Shown here piece by piece: positions 20,537 through 36,984 of a DNA stretch of 64,000 nt. A model generated the notes under the pieces. It searched no databases. It saw only the letters and a list, made by a program, of their open reading frames with translations, and had not been told where the DNA came from. Position 1 is the first letter of the stretch; each line of letters opens with the position of its first letter. A program made the translations under genes and the position numbers. Source of the DNA: the human T2T-CHM13v2.0 reference genome, Homo sapiens; NCBI RefSeq assembly GCF_009914755.1, contig NC_060940.1. The stretch is one strand, 5' to 3'.

Positions 20537-22889
20537 CTGTAATATTAACACAAAAACACTGCTTTTAAAAAGATATATTAATTTGAATTTTTCTATTTCT
20601 ATTTTCCACAGACAACATGGGACACCGAATGACAGCTGACAGAAAACCATAATCGATAAATGGCTGATGCCTAAATAGTGAGAGGAACTAAGATTAATGA
20701 TCTGTTTCTTTGGTTGTCTTTATAATGGAACCAAGCATTAAGGAACTTACTTTGTGTTTTGTCTATAAAGAGTAGAAACTTTTTGCTCACAAGGCATAAC
20801 TATCTCACATTTTTCTCATTATAAAAGCAATCTCATGGTACTGGACAGGGGAGAAAATAAAATAATCACTCATATTTCTATTATTCCAACAATGCATGTG
20901 ATTAATTGGTGAGTTTCTTTTCACTCTTTCTGCACATTAAAAAAACCTGTGTTTAATTGTAAGATATACACATCCTACTTTAGCTGTAACATATAAAAAT
21001 GTTTTTATCTATACTCTTAGCCATACCTATTCCCGGATGTCCTATTATTTATTTACACAATATCCTACTGTTCTACATGGTTGCTTTATTTCACCTCTTA
21101 ACAATACCTGCATTTTCAGACAGGCAGACGTCAACTGTACTATCAAAGGAAGCTCTATTAGCATCCCCCATTCAAATTTTATAGCTAAATGGTTCTAAGT
21201 TATTTCCTAAACACTCTTGACCCATTCTTGTTTGGCGATTTCTCTTACATTGTGAATTTAGATTTTAAGCATTAATCTCCAGAAGAGCCTAATGAAGTAG
21301 GTATCATGTTTTTTTGTGGGCAGAGATGAATCTGTTATTCGGTGGCAAGGATTAAACCCAGGTTGGTCTGACTCTAAATGTGCGTCCTTCTCATTCCATG
21401 AAGCGCTTTACATACTCACACAGTGTTCCCTGTTTGGGCTCTAGTTTCTCATATGTGACTCTATCATTAAAATAAAATTTGAGTGAGTGAATAAAGATTA
21501 CCTTTGAATTGCCATTCAAGACATCTAATGAGTATTCACTTCCTAGCTATTATTTCTGAGGGAGCAGTATGCCACATCTACCCTTTAATTCGAAGAGATT
21601 AATAAAACAAAAATGTCATGTCATATATTCCCCCCCCACCCCACCAAATACCTTGATGGCATAAAACTAAGAGAGAACAACTTACAAAATATAGCTTAAA
21701 GAATTACATTTTGACTAAATAATTTTGGTTTATTTGAAATGACTGGTTCACCACTTCCGTGAGAATGGTGGAAAATTGGTAATGAAATAGGATTTCCAGT
21801 TCAAAACTTTACAAAGTCTTCATGCGTGTATTTTAACAAAGAAGCAATATGTTTTCTTAAATATATCAACAGTTCTCATTAGTTTTCCATCACTTATATA
21901 ACCCAAACCCTCCGCTCACACTCTGGTAGCGAGCTCTAATGCTGTAATGACTTCCCTCTTCCACTAGACTGTGATGTCTTCCAATGGAAGGTCACTGGCT
22001 CAGTTTCATCCAGTATAATTCTTGCTCATGGCAGACAATGAGAAAGTGACTAGGCTTGTAAAACTATGACTTGGTAGAAGTATCAGTAGAATAATCAAGC
22101 TGTCTGAAGTATTTATATTTACTCTCTGCTTTTCTTTTAATCCAAATAAATATGGTATTATATAAGGCTATAGTAAATGCTCTTCAAAGACATATTTTTA
22201 AAAAAACATCGAGTTAAAGATAAATAATAACAAGATCACAGCACTTTTCTACTGTAAATACAGCTAAATATTGAATTGTTTAGTTCAACAAATTTTTGGG
22301 AAATATTCATAACGTGAATCTGACAAATTGCAATGTTGGGAGAAGGGCATAAACTACTTTTCTTTTACTCCAGATTGCATGAGAAGGGATCTTTTACTTA
22401 CAACTTTCATCAAGTAAGTGACCTCTTACCCTATCCCTATATCCTACCCAGGGAGGCAGGGCAAGTTACCTGGATGGTGGGAGTTTGGTTTCTTTTTCCC
22501 TCCCCTCATAGGAAGTGGGACTGGGTAGGCCGGTCTGCTCTGCAGATGCGAACTTTCCCTGGAGTGGAATGGGCTGTTCTAGACTTAGGTGAGACGTAGA
22601 ACTGGTGGGCAAGGAGTTGCCAACACTAATTAGATCATCTCTCTGCGTTGCTCTCTCTATCCTAGCCTTCACTGTGGTAAAGAGGCTTTTCCAACTCCCT
22701 ACACACTGACACTTTTATTTCTCAATTGGTTCAGCACTCCACCAGGGAAAAGGGATGCTATTTATTGGAGCCCCTGAAGACCCCAACAGAAATGAAATCC
22801 CCAGAAAGCTACTATCATGAAAAGGCCACTGATAAAAGTGGACTAAAACACTATTTGTATACTCTTAAACATCGATGCCTTCTTTTGTA

Positions 22890-23042
22890 TATTTATTTTT
22901 AAAATATATTTTTAATTTTAAAAATAGAGACAGGGTCTTGCCATGTTGTCTAGGCTGGTCTTGAACTGCCAGGCTCAAGTGATCCTTCCGCCTCAGCCTC
23001 CCAAAGTGCTGGGACTGCAGGCATGGGCCACCGTGACTGGCT
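22890..23042 (-). mobile_element. FLAM/Alu monomer
   Basis: Reverse left-arm monomer. Confidence 0.85.
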
Positions 23043-23175
23043 TCTTTTTATATTTATAAATGGATATTTTTCTTAAACATCACCCATGAACTAGTTTCTC
23101 ACATTTAGTATTCAAGGGTAATGGTGACTTTTAACATTTAATTTAGATTTCTTAAATAAAACCATCTATTTACAC

Positions 23176-23518
<343 letters not shown>

Positions 23519-24378
23519 TGATCCAATTCCCATGTCAACTGTAATAATTTTTTTAAGTTTAACTGATTTACTTTTATTAAAAGCAATACAACATTCTTCT
23601 ATAGTCAATATTCCAGGTAACGCTCCTAAAAATTTGTGAATATGGAATTATCTTTTCAAGGAATATTTCAATGAAGAATGAGATCTAATAAATATTGTTT
23701 AATTTCACTTAAAGCACACTTAATATTTTCATACTTACATATCTATAAAAATATGTTGTATTGTTCCATATATTTTAAAACCTCATACCAATTATAGAAA
23801 TAAATCACTATGTATCCATTCTCCTATTGGGCATTTAGCTTGCTTCTACTTTTATAATTAGCTAATACTGCTGTAAACATTGTTGTCTTCTCTTTATGCA
23901 CAGGTATGACGATTTCATTTGGGTATACATCTAGAAGTATACTTGTGTAGTAGCATGTGACCATTTTCAGCTTTACCAGAGCACATCCGAAATAGCTCTC
24001 CAAAGTGGTTGTACCAATTTATATACATTTTTCTCTTTACAGTTGAATTCTAACGAGACAATTTATACTTCTAAAGCAAATTCTTTGAGTCTGCTTGCTC
24101 TACTCAATCCACTACTCAGTCCTTGCTGACACTTCAAGAACAGTTCCACAACCCACTCAACTTCTCTTGTGCTGTCACTGTGCAGTCAAAATCCATCTCC
24201 AGTCTTCATCCCTGGTAAGCAATGATCTGTTCTTTGTCCTACAGTTCACTTTTTCCAGAATTTCATATAAATGAAATCACACAGCATGTATCCTTTGAGT
24301 CTAGCTCATTTTATTTAGCATGATGCATTTGGGGTTACTGCATGTAGCTGTAGTTTATCCCTTTTTATTGTTGAATAG

Positions 24379-24754
<376 letters not shown>

Positions 24755-25167
24755 TAGTTTTTGGTTATTACAGATAAAGTTGTTATGAACATTTACTTAT
24801 AGGTTTTTTTCCATAAACATAAGCTTTCATTTCTCCCGGGTACCCATCCAGAAGAGACGGCTGAGTCACACAGTTACTTTATAGGAAACCACCAACCTGT
24901 TTCCCAGAGCGGCTCTATCATTTTGCACTCCTACCAGGACTGTATCAGAGTTTCAGCTGCTCTACATAGTTCCCAGCACTTAGTGATTTTTCTAAATTAC
25001 AGTTATTCTAATGGAGAATAGTGCCATCTCATTGTGGTTTTAATTTGCATTTTTGTAATGATTAAATCTTCTGTGGTGAAGTATCTGTTGAAATCTGTTT
25101 CATAATTGGGTTTTGTTCTTATTGTTGAGTTTTGAGTTCTGGATGAAAGAAATCTTTTCATAGGTGA

Positions 25168-25574
<407 letters not shown>

Positions 25575-26356
25575 TGAATTTTTCTTTTATGGATACTCTT
25601 TCGGTGTTGCATCTAAGAACTCTTTGTCTAACCCAGTAAGATTCTTTTCATATATTCTCCTCTAAATGTTTTATAATTTTACATCTATGTCCATGATTTA
25701 TTTTGAGTTAATTTTTAAATACAGTGTTGGATGTAGGTGAGGCAACACCTACACTCAACAGGTGAGGGTTCATTTTTTTTTTCTTTGAATATGGAGGTTC
25801 AATTGTTCCAGCACCATCTGTTAGACTATCCTTTCTCCACTCAATTTCCTTTGAATGTCAAAAAAATTAACAAATCATATTTGCAGAAATCTAATCTCTG
25901 GACTATCTTGTTCCATTGATCTGTGTGTCTGTCCTTTGTCAGTACCACAGTCTTGGTTACTGAAGCTTCACATTAAGTCTTGAAATCAGGTCATGAGTCT
26001 TCCATGTTTGTTCTTTTTCAGAATAATTTTGGCTTCTGTAATCCCTTGCTTTTCCATTACGTTCTAGAATCAGTTTGTCAATCTTTACAAAAAATATAGC
26101 TGTGATTTTGATTGAAATTGTATTCATCTGTGTAGATCATTTTCATAAGAACTGACATTTTAGCACTACTGGGCCTATCAATACATTGACACAGTATATT
26201 TACTTAGGTCATCTCTGAATATTTTCATTATGGTCTTTTAAGTTTTCAGTTAACAGATACTACACAGTTTTTTTTGGTGGAGTAATATTTTAAATGGTAC
26301 TGTTTTCTTAATTTTGAACTACAGTTTTCATTGCTAGTATATAAAAATTCAACTGA

Positions 26357-26695
<339 letters not shown>

Positions 26696-26967
26696 TGCAA
26701 TTGATTTTTGTATACTGGTCTTCCATCCTGCAACCTTGTTAACCTGATATATTTGTTCCAGGAGCTTTTCAGATGCTATGGAAATTTTTATATAGACAAC
26801 GATATCTTCAAAAAGATTGATTTCTTCTTTTTCCAATCTGTATGCTTTTTTGTACTGGCTACAACTTCTAGTATAACATTGAATAGGACTTAGCTTGCTA
26901 CAGATTTTGAAGGGGAAAGAATTCAGGTTTTCACCACTAAGTATGGTGTCAGCTGTAGGGTTTTCTG

Positions 26968-27110
26968 TTTTTTTTTTTTTTTTCTAAGAGACAGGCTCTT
27001 ACTATGATGTCCAGGCTGGCCTTGAACTCCTGAGCTCAAGTGATTCTCAATCCTCTTGTATCAGCCTCCTTAACAGCTGGAACTATGGATGCATGCCATT
27101 GTGCCTGGTT
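26968..27110 (-). mobile_element. Alu monomer
   Basis: Reverse monomer. Confidence 0.8.
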
Positions 27111-28628
27111 TAGCTGGTAGGTTTTTGTAGATACCCTTCTTCAGGTTATGGAAGTCTCATCTGTTCCTATGTTTCTGAGATTTTTATCATGAATGGGTGA
27201 TGAATTTTAACAAATGGAGACAATCATAGTTTTCTTTAGTCTTTATGGTGAATTACATTGATTTTTCAAATGTTGAACCAGACTTGCATTCCTGAGATAA
27301 ACCACGCTTTACTATTATGTATTTTTTTATATTGCTGAATTAGATTTGCTAATATTTTATTGAAATTTTTGCATCTATTTTCTTGACGAATACTGATCAA
27401 TAGTTTCCTTATAATGTCTCTTTGTCTGTTGGTATCAGGGTAATGCTTATCTTACAAAGTAAGTTTAGAAATGTTCCCTGCTCTTTCATTTCCTGGATGA
27501 TACTAAAGAATTGGCATTATATCTTCCTTGAATGTTTGGTACAATTTGCCAGCGAACCCATCTAGGCCTAGAGTTTTCTTTGTTAGAAGGTGTTTACGAA
27601 TTCATTTTTTGAATAAGCACAGGATGATTTGGGTTGTGTATGTCTACTGGGACATGTTTGGGCAGCTGTGTAGCTTTTAAGAGATTTACCCATTTCATCG
27701 AAGTCATCTGATTTTCTGGCATAGAGCTGTTCCCTGTATTTTCTTACTCCTTTTAATATTGGTAGGGTCGGTAGTGATAGAATTCTCTCTTTCATTCCTG
27801 ATACTGGTAAAATGGTTGAAATTTACCCAGATATTTACCATTCGTTTCCCTTTAGTCATGAAGTTTCATGATTTTTTCTAGTATCATTTATCTTATCTAA
27901 ATAACTTCCTTTATAGCAAGTGCATAGGTGATAAATTCTCTTAGTTTTATCATTCTTGAAAGAAGTCTTGCATCACAGTTCCCCTTACTGCCTATCCCAG
28001 CTTGTGAAGATTCTGATCCACTACCTTTGGCTTCCATCATTTCTAAAGAGAAAAAATAGTCATTCAAATCACTGCTCCCTTATACAAGATGCATCATTTT
28101 TCTCTGGTAGACCTCAAGATCTCAATCTTTGATTTCAAGTAATTTGATTTTGATGTGTGCAGGTATTGCTTTTTGTTTTTGTTTATCCTATTTGGTGTTC
28201 ACTGAGCTCCTTAAATCTGCAGATATATGTCCTTCAAGTTTGGGACTTTTTAGCAATTTTTTCTTCAAATATTTATTCTGTGCCAATCTCTTCTCCCGCT
28301 AGGACTTAAATAACACAAACGTTAGGCCCTTTGAAACTGTCCCATAGACAGTTTTCAATTACTTTGTTTTCAATCTTTTCCCCTCTGTACTTCTGATTGG
28401 ATAATTTCTACTGATTCAAGTTCAGTGACTTTCTATTTTCTCCATTTTCCTATTGAGCTCATACAGTGATTATTTGTTAAAAATTCAGATTTTTCTTTTA
28501 GTTCTAAATTTTTCACTTAAAAAATTAGTTTATTTCTCTGCTGAGTCCTATTTTCCTACTCTTTGAGAGTGTTTACTGCTATCTCATGAAGCATGGTTCT
28601 ATCACTGCTTTAGAATTTTTGATAATTC

Positions 28629-28775
28629 TGGCTGGGCAGGGTGGCTAATACCTGTAATCCTAGCAGTTTGGAAGGCTGAGGCAGGAGGATCACTTGAGCT
28701 CAGGAGTTTGAGAACAGCCTAGGCAACATTGTGAGATCCTATTTCTATTAAAAACATTTTTTTAAATTAAAAAAA
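28629..28775 (+). mobile_element. FLAM/Alu monomer
   Basis: Forward left-arm monomer. Confidence 0.82.
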
Positions 28776-29934
28776 GATTTTTGGATAGTTCTTAATATTT
28801 GGGTTAGGGTTGGGATCTATTGGTTGTCTTTCATTAAAAATTAACCAGATTTTCCTAGTTCTCTGTATGTGATTTTTCATTGTATCTTGGACATTTTAAA
28901 TATTATGCTGTGTGACTTGGATCCTGTTAAAAAATCCCTGGAGAATGTCGTTTTTTGTTATTTGTTTTGGTTCTGCAGACAATCAACTAAGTTGTGTTCG
29001 CACTGCAAATTCTGTCTCTCTTTGTTTGGGTGGTGGTCCCAATGTTCAAAGACTTTGCTGTGCTGGGTAGGCTTGCCCAGTGTGTGACACACTCAGGGAC
29101 TCAGAGGTGGTTTATACTGTAACATGGTTCCCAACACTGCTGCCACGTTTCCCTGGATCTGTTCCACACACAGGCACCTCAGAAAGAAAGCCTGCATTAG
29201 TGCTTCCCTGCTCTAGTTCTCTCCTCTCCAAGACTTCTTCATATTCTCCAGATGACAACATGGTCTCCTCTATCTAGTTCCTCTGGCCAGAAAGACAAGT
29301 TTTCCTTAGAATTTTAGTCTCCCAACCTGTTGTGAGTTCTGATTAAGAGAGAAAAAAGCCGGGATTCCCTCCATACTCTCCAAACATCACCATTTATATA
29401 TACCCTTTACAAATCTACTGACAAATCATTATTTATAATATTCTCTTATGATAGTCTAAAACATTTGTTAAAATTTCAAATATGCAAAAACAGACAAAAA
29501 TATCTGTGTACCCAGCTTCCAACTTCAACAATTATAACCTAGCCAATCTTATTTTATTTGTCTCTCCTAACTTCTACCTCTTACATACTAGAGACAAATC
29601 TCAGACATTAAATCATTGCATCTGTAAACATTTCTGTATCACTAAAGCCACTTAAAAAATAACCTTTATCCTATTATCAAACCAAACAAATAAATAACTT
29701 AATATTAAATACCAGTGTTCAAACTTCTGTCATCAGTTCCCTCCATTTATAGTTTGTTTCAATCAGTAAGTTCACTTGACTTTTATATCTCTTTTAATCT
29801 ATAGGTTCTTGTTTTTTCTTTTTCCCCCATTGTCATTTATTTATGAAAGAAACAGTTTCTTTCCTTTTTTGTTTGGCAGATCTACTTTCTACTTGGTTTG
29901 TTTCATAATAGTTTTAAATCCTTGCTGTAGTTGA

Positions 29935-30275
<341 letters not shown>

Positions 30276-31189
30276 TATTTATGTCTTTTTTTTTCTAGAT
30301 CAATCTTGGCATAAGTCTGCCTGTTGTTACCTTTTACAAAGAGCCGATGTCAGGCCTCACTGATTTATTCTTTTTGTATCTTCGTTTTTTTTTTTAATTT
30401 CTGTTTTATGATTGCCCTTTCTTTGGATTTGTTTTTCTTTTAACTTCTTGAGTCTTAACTTATTAAATTTCAGTCTTTTTTCTCAAAGTACTGTTTTAGC
30501 TGTACCGCAGTTTTTTTAAATGTAGTATTTTCATTAATGCATTTTAAATGTATTCAAATTTCCATACTGATTTCTTCTGTGACTTACAAATTACTAAGTA
30601 GTATATTATTATATTTCCAAACATATGGAGTTTTAAAGTAATCTTTGGTTGCTGATTTCTGGTTTAATTGCATTTCTGTCACATGATGCTCTGCATATAT
30701 GTTCAGACTTCCTTTGTTAGCTGAGCACGTGTATCTGTTTTGATGAATGTTTTATGAATGCTAGTAGAGAATGCCTATTTTCTGGATGTTGGGAGCAAGA
30801 TACTGTGTCCATTAAGCACATACTGTGTAATTTAAATCTTTTGAGCCATATTAACTTTTTGTATGCTTGAACTGTTAATTACTAAGAAGTAAAAAAAAAT
30901 TACCAACTATGTTATGGATCTGTCAATTTTCCTTGACAATCAACAACCTGTTTTGTGCATTTTAAGGCTATATTAATACCTGAGATTTATCTAGTGAGAT
31001 AGAGACATTCTTGATTTGTTTTAATAGTTACATCAGCTCTTTTTTGACATTTGTCTGTTATTTCTTTCCTAGTTTTGTATTTTCAAATTTTCCTGTAATT
31101 ATCCCATAAACAAGATATATTTGGATTTTAACTGTAGCATTTAATTCATTTATTACTTTGCAGAGAAACATCTTAATTTTGTCCTCATT

Positions 31190-31472
31190 CTTTTATTTTT
31201 TACTTTTATGGGTATATAATAGCTATATGTATTTATAGGGTACATGAGCTATCATGATATAGGTATACAGTGCATAATAATTACATTAGGATAAATGGGG
31301 GATCCATCATCTCAAGCATTTATCATGTGTTACAAATAACCCAATTATGCTTATTTTAAACTGTACAATAAATTGTTGACTGTAGTCACTGTGTTGTGCT
31401 ATCAAATACCAGATATTAATTCTATCTAATTATACTTTTGTACCCATTAATCATCCCCACATCCTGGCCACT
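31190..31472 (-). mobile_element. Short L1MA 3' end
   Basis: L1MA-type 3' UTR flanked by direct repeat tcattctt. Confidence 0.6.
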
Positions 31473-31716
31473 GCCTTCATTCTTAAATGACAATGAACAC
31501 TCTTAACACTATGAAGACATTATTCTATTGTCTTCAGGCTTCTATTTTGCTATTGATAATTCTGGTGTCAATCTTAATAGCATCCTTTTGTAGACTATTT
31601 TCTCTATTGTTTAATAACTTTTCTCCTTGTCTGTGGGGTACAATGTCAGTGTCACTTAAATTTTTTTTTCCTGCTTGGGAGTCACCCTGTGTCATGCTTT
31701 TCATTAGTTCTTGAAA

Positions 31717-31846
31717 TTTTTTTTTTCTTTTTTTTCCTTTTCATGTCAGATAGGCAATGTGCCGACATGGTAACAAGGCTGGAGGGAGGCGCACGTCACA
31801 TGTGTGCGTCAACATCCGGGCATCAGACTTACACACTACAGAGTAT
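31717..31846 (-). pseudogene. U13 snoRNA (SNORD13) retro-pseudogene with poly(A) tail
   Basis: Reverse complement (ATACTCTGTAG...CCTTGTTACCATGTCGGCACATTGCCTATCTGAC) resembles recalled U13; poly(T) 31717-31741 on + strand; degenerate TSD agttcttgaaa/agttatggaaa. Confidence 0.8.
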
Positions 31847-33481
31847 CAGTTATGGAAAATCCCAATAAACTGCCACCTCTTCCAGCGATACACTCTGGGT
31901 AATTTCCTCAGACACATCTTTTAATAGCCATACTTTTAACTTATAGACCTCCTATTTGGTTATTTTAAAAATGGACGTGGTCATTTTTCTTTCTCATCTC
32001 TGTTTCCTTCTTGTAGGATACGTGAAACACTCAAATTCTTGGGGATCTAAGGAACTCCTTCCTGTGTGTTATGTCGGTGAACTCGTACCCATGGTGGGCT
32101 GTGAGCATAGGGGTTTTAGAATCTGCGGGCTGTGAGCTGACCTGCAGCAGTGTTTTATCCATGCCAACCCTGCAGCTTTCTTGGTGACTTTTAGATTTAT
32201 TTTTGCCAGGTGACTCAAAGGTTTAATGCACCCAGGACCATTCTGTCAGTCTTTGGACTTCATGACTCCTGGGTTGAGCAGGGAATGTAAATTCATTTCT
32301 CAAACCCTAATAAAGGCAGGGTTTCTAAGTATAAAGCTAGGGGGGACCCCAGCCTCACCTCCAACCCCACCCTGAGACTAAACCCAGAAAAACAAGCTTC
32401 TTTGTCATCAGCATGTGGTAGTGAAACATTTTTTCTAATCTATGCTTTCATGTGAGTTGCCTCCCTTTGAGGGCTCCAGCTTCATGTGAGTCTCACAAAG
32501 GCCATGTGAACCCCAGGACTCTTCTTTTCTCAGTATGGGAATTAAAAGGAAGCTCCCAGTATGTCTACCCCTGTGCAGTAACAGGTTATAAAAGTCAGCC
32601 AGGGGCATCTGTAACATCAATTTCAGTTTATTAATCTACAGTTCTCTCTCTTCATTTCTCATCCATAAGCATTACCCTCTTTTTCTCCTTCCTGGAGCTT
32701 ACACATATGCTTTTAAAATAATTATTTGTCATATTTTACCCAATGTTTCCATGTGTCTTCTAGCAGATGGGTTTTCAGGTTACCTTATCTATCATATTAC
32801 CCAATCTTTAAATCTGATTTTCATGATTCTTGAGAGGTATGTTTTCCCACCCTCACTCTCTCCTCTTTTCCCTCTTTTTACATAATACGCATTAAATATA
32901 ATTTTAACTCTGTTGATATTCCTAGAAGTATACATTAAATGCAAAAGTATCCAATCTCAATCTGTCAGAGTTATTTAAAAACATCCTTCCCTGCAGTTCT
33001 TTCCAATAAAAGCACCCCATGAGTAGCAGAGGATGGCAGGGTAAGAACAGACTCGACACATTTGGGTTTTCGCTTTTAGATTGCTACGACCAACTCTGTA
33101 ACTTTTGAGAACACATTTTCACCTCTTGTAGCCTATTTTCTTCCTCATAAAGCTGTTAATGAATCTATAATCATACTGATCAGTATGCACACTCACCAAT
33201 TGGGAACTGACAGGTCTTAAGAATCTTAATCTTTTATAATTGAGAATCTTAATATATATGTAATATTCCTGAAGAATTTCAGAAATTTCAGTTTATTTAA
33301 CTATAATAATGCTGGGATCTTAGTAGATGCCAATAAAGTAAGTGAAATAAAATACATTTTAAAAAGTTGCAGTATCAGTTTATGTAGTCAATAAATATTT
33401 ACACAAACCAAAATTACACATTTTGCAAATCATGCCTTATCATGATGTTCTTCTCTGAAGCGACTCAATACATAATAATAC

Positions 33482-33609
33482 CTTAGCTTTTGGAGTGGCT
33501 TTAATGGTCCAGATGCAATCAACGGCTTGGCCTGGTTTTGTTTTCTCCTCTTGTTCTACCTGACTAGAGCGCACTATTCCATCAGCTCCCGAGAGCTCGA
33601 ACTGACAAT
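33482..33609 (-). CDS. NETO2: NETO2 exon 6 ([17 protein letters not shown]...IKATPKAK; CUB2 start)
   Basis: Within ORF 33440..33637; acceptor ttccttccag|AT, donor AAG|GTATTA; 128 nt, phase 1-0. Confidence 0.96.
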
Positions 33610-33692
33610 CTGGAAGGAATACATGAAAGGTGTTCAAAGGAACATAAGACTAATCAAAAATGCCAAGAGGAACAAGTGGTAATATACTAAAC

Positions 33693-33737
33693 CTGGAATG
33701 GGATTTAAAATACCTCCTAGGTAAGTAAAGTCTGGAT
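33693..33737 (-). CDS. NETO2: NETO2 exon 5 (DPDFTYLGGILNPIP; inter-CUB linker), with alternative internal donor after 33714
   Basis: Acceptor ttttctgttacag|AT, donor CCAG|GTTTAG; 45 nt, phase 1-1. Confidence 0.94.
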
Positions 33738-34183
33738 CTGTAACAGAAAAAAGAAGAAAGTCATTGGTACTGAGATAGTTACTTTAATCCTCGATGTCTT
33801 ACATTACATCTAACGTTCCATTTCATAGCAAGGTAAGAGAAGCTTTCATTGGTGAAAACTACATATCATTGGTCATTTAGGAGCTCGCTTACAGGATTGA
33901 CATTTATTTAATCACGTTTATATTTTTGATTCCATAGTGAATAATTTATTTATGCTACTTGCAAACTCACATCAACTGTCAGAGTTGAACAGGTAAACGG
34001 AACATCACATATACAATATACCAGAATATTATTTGGCCTTAAAAAGGAATGAAGTTCCTTTCTGCTGAATCATATTACAATTTGTCTTCTAAACTTCGGC
34101 TTAAATGGATGGTGGTAATAGTTGCATAATACTGTGAATGTACTTAACGCCACTGAATTACACACTTAAAAATGGTTAAAGAG

Positions 34184-34335
34184 AGCTAGGCATGGTGGCT
34201 CATGCCTGTAGTGCCAGCTACTTGGGAAGCTGACCTGGGAGGATCTTTTGAGCCCAGGAGGTTGAGGCTGCAGACAGCAGAGACAGCACTATTGCCCTTC
34301 AGCCTAGGTGACAAAATGAGTCTTAAAAAAAAAAA
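34184..34335 (+). mobile_element. FRAM/Alu right monomer inside an L1M 3' end
   Basis: Forward monomer; direct repeat aaa(t)ggttaaag on both sides. Confidence 0.8.
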
Positions 34336-34402
34336 GGTTAAAGGGTAAATTTTGTTATGTATATTTTTTACCACAATAAAAATAAAGTTTTAGAAATTAT
34401 AA

Positions 34403-34820
<418 letters not shown>

Positions 34821-35499
34821 TGGAAAATCTATTTCAATACGCAATTTAATTGTGTACAACTAGAGACTCAATTCCTGTTAAAACTGTTGTTTTTAATTCC
34901 AGATACTTTAGGAAGTTATCAAATTACATATTTTAAAAAGTGGAAAAAAATTATTAGCTTATGTAGAATATATCTCAGCAACTTTTTTTTTTAACTTTAT
35001 AAACAAAACTCATCCTTGCTGAAAGAGGACAATAGACACTTCTGCTCTTTTGCAGAGAAATGTCAAAGTGAAATTTAAATCTTAAACGGCATGGCGGAGG
35101 GGAATCACAGGAACTGTCTGGCAGATTAATCAGAACTATTTCATATGTATTCCAGAAATCTAGGATATTGTCATTATTGCATTAAAATGTCCATAATTAT
35201 CTCAGTTATGTCCAGGAACTAACAACCCATTAAGAGCCTCTCCCTCAGTAGAGAATTTCATTAAAAAAAATGAACTTCTCACCATTGTTAATAGGTTTCT
35301 TCCAGATTTACCACCTCCTAGACAAAATTTATTTTATTAACATGACTTGAAATAACATCAGACAGACATATTTAGCTAATTATGCATTGCCTATTTATTT
35401 TGACATGTGTTGGTTTTCTCTTTTAGTGATAAAATTGTGGACTCCTCATCCACATTTTAATAAGGCTTTTCTCCAATGTGACCTCATCCACATTATAAA

Positions 35500-35700
35500 G
35501 GCAACATGATAGAGTAGGAAGTATTGCCTAGTGAAATGCAATCTAGTCCTGGATTTGCCATTCTATGAACCAAGAAAATCACTTAATCTGACTCAGTTTC
35601 CTCATCTGTAAAATAAAATATTACATAATCCTCCTGACATTAGTCATTAGCACAAAATTAAACATAATGTCTATCAAAACTGTGAAGCACTATAAAATGC
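35500..35700 (+). mobile_element. MIR SINE
   Basis: MIR core ctcagtttcctcatctgtaaaat. Confidence 0.55.
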
Positions 35701-36166
35701 AAATGAAAGGTGATAAACTCTAGAAATCCTAAGCATTTTATTATACTTTGTCTATATTTTAACTATAGGCCATTTAAAGTTGCTCTCATGATCTATAACA
35801 TGAATAGAGGAAAAAGAGCTACTTGACTCCAAAGTAAGTATCTTTACATATGAAGTTGGCTGACTTTGTCTTTAAATATTTAAAAACATTATTCAAATAA
35901 GAGTATTCTTTGGATGTCTTTTTCTGTCAAGTAGTCTAAACTTATGTGCAGCCACCATCTATTCTAACAGTATCTTCATGACACTAATGTTTCAATTACT
36001 TCAGTTAGTTGATTTAGTTAATAAAAATAAAATAGCTGACCAATTTAATCCAATCAGTCATTTTGATATAAACTATTGGTTCTCAAACTCCTGTGGACTA
36101 TTTCACAAGGCAGGATATCCTGTCTTTCTTTCTTTTCCCTGCCACTGTGAAAAAACAGCTTACTAG

Positions 36167-36468
<302 letters not shown>

Positions 36469-36982
36469 TGCTACTATTTTTTAATTGTGGTAAATTATAC
36501 ATAACATAAAATTCATAATGTTGATCTTTTTTAAGACAGGGTGTTGCTCTGTCATCCAGGCTGGAGTGCAGTGGTGTGATCATAGCTCACTATAACTTTG
36601 AACTTCTGGGCTCATGCAATCCTCCAGCCTCAGCCTCCCGAGTAGCTGGAATGACACGTGTGCACCACACGCCTGGCTCCACCATTTTTAAGTTTACAAT
36701 TCAGTGGCATTAAGCACATTTACAATGTTGTACAACCATCACCATTTTTTTATTTTCAGAATTTTTAATCATCCCAAGCTGAAAGTCTACACCCATTAAA
36801 CATTAACTCCCCTTCCCCCTTCCCCCACATACCCTGATAACCATTCCACTTTCTGTTTCTATGAATGTTACTACTTTAAATACCTTATATAAATGGAGTC
36901 ATATTTGTGCTTTTGCGTCTGGCTTATCTCACTTAGCATAATGTTTCAAGGTTCATCCATGTTGTGGCATGTATTAGAATTT
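36469..36982 (-). mobile_element. L1MB 3' end, split by an Alu monomer
   Basis: Typical L1MB 3' terminus in reverse orientation. Confidence 0.65.
36525..36678 (-). mobile_element. Alu right monomer
   Basis: Reverse monomer inside an L1MB 3' end. Confidence 0.82.
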
Positions 36983-36984
36983 AC

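Noticed and set aside
33716-33726. Near-consensus + strand donor TAG|GTAAGT inside exon 5
   Set aside because: Explained as the reverse complement of NETO2 codons ACT TAC CTA; no other support for an antisense exon
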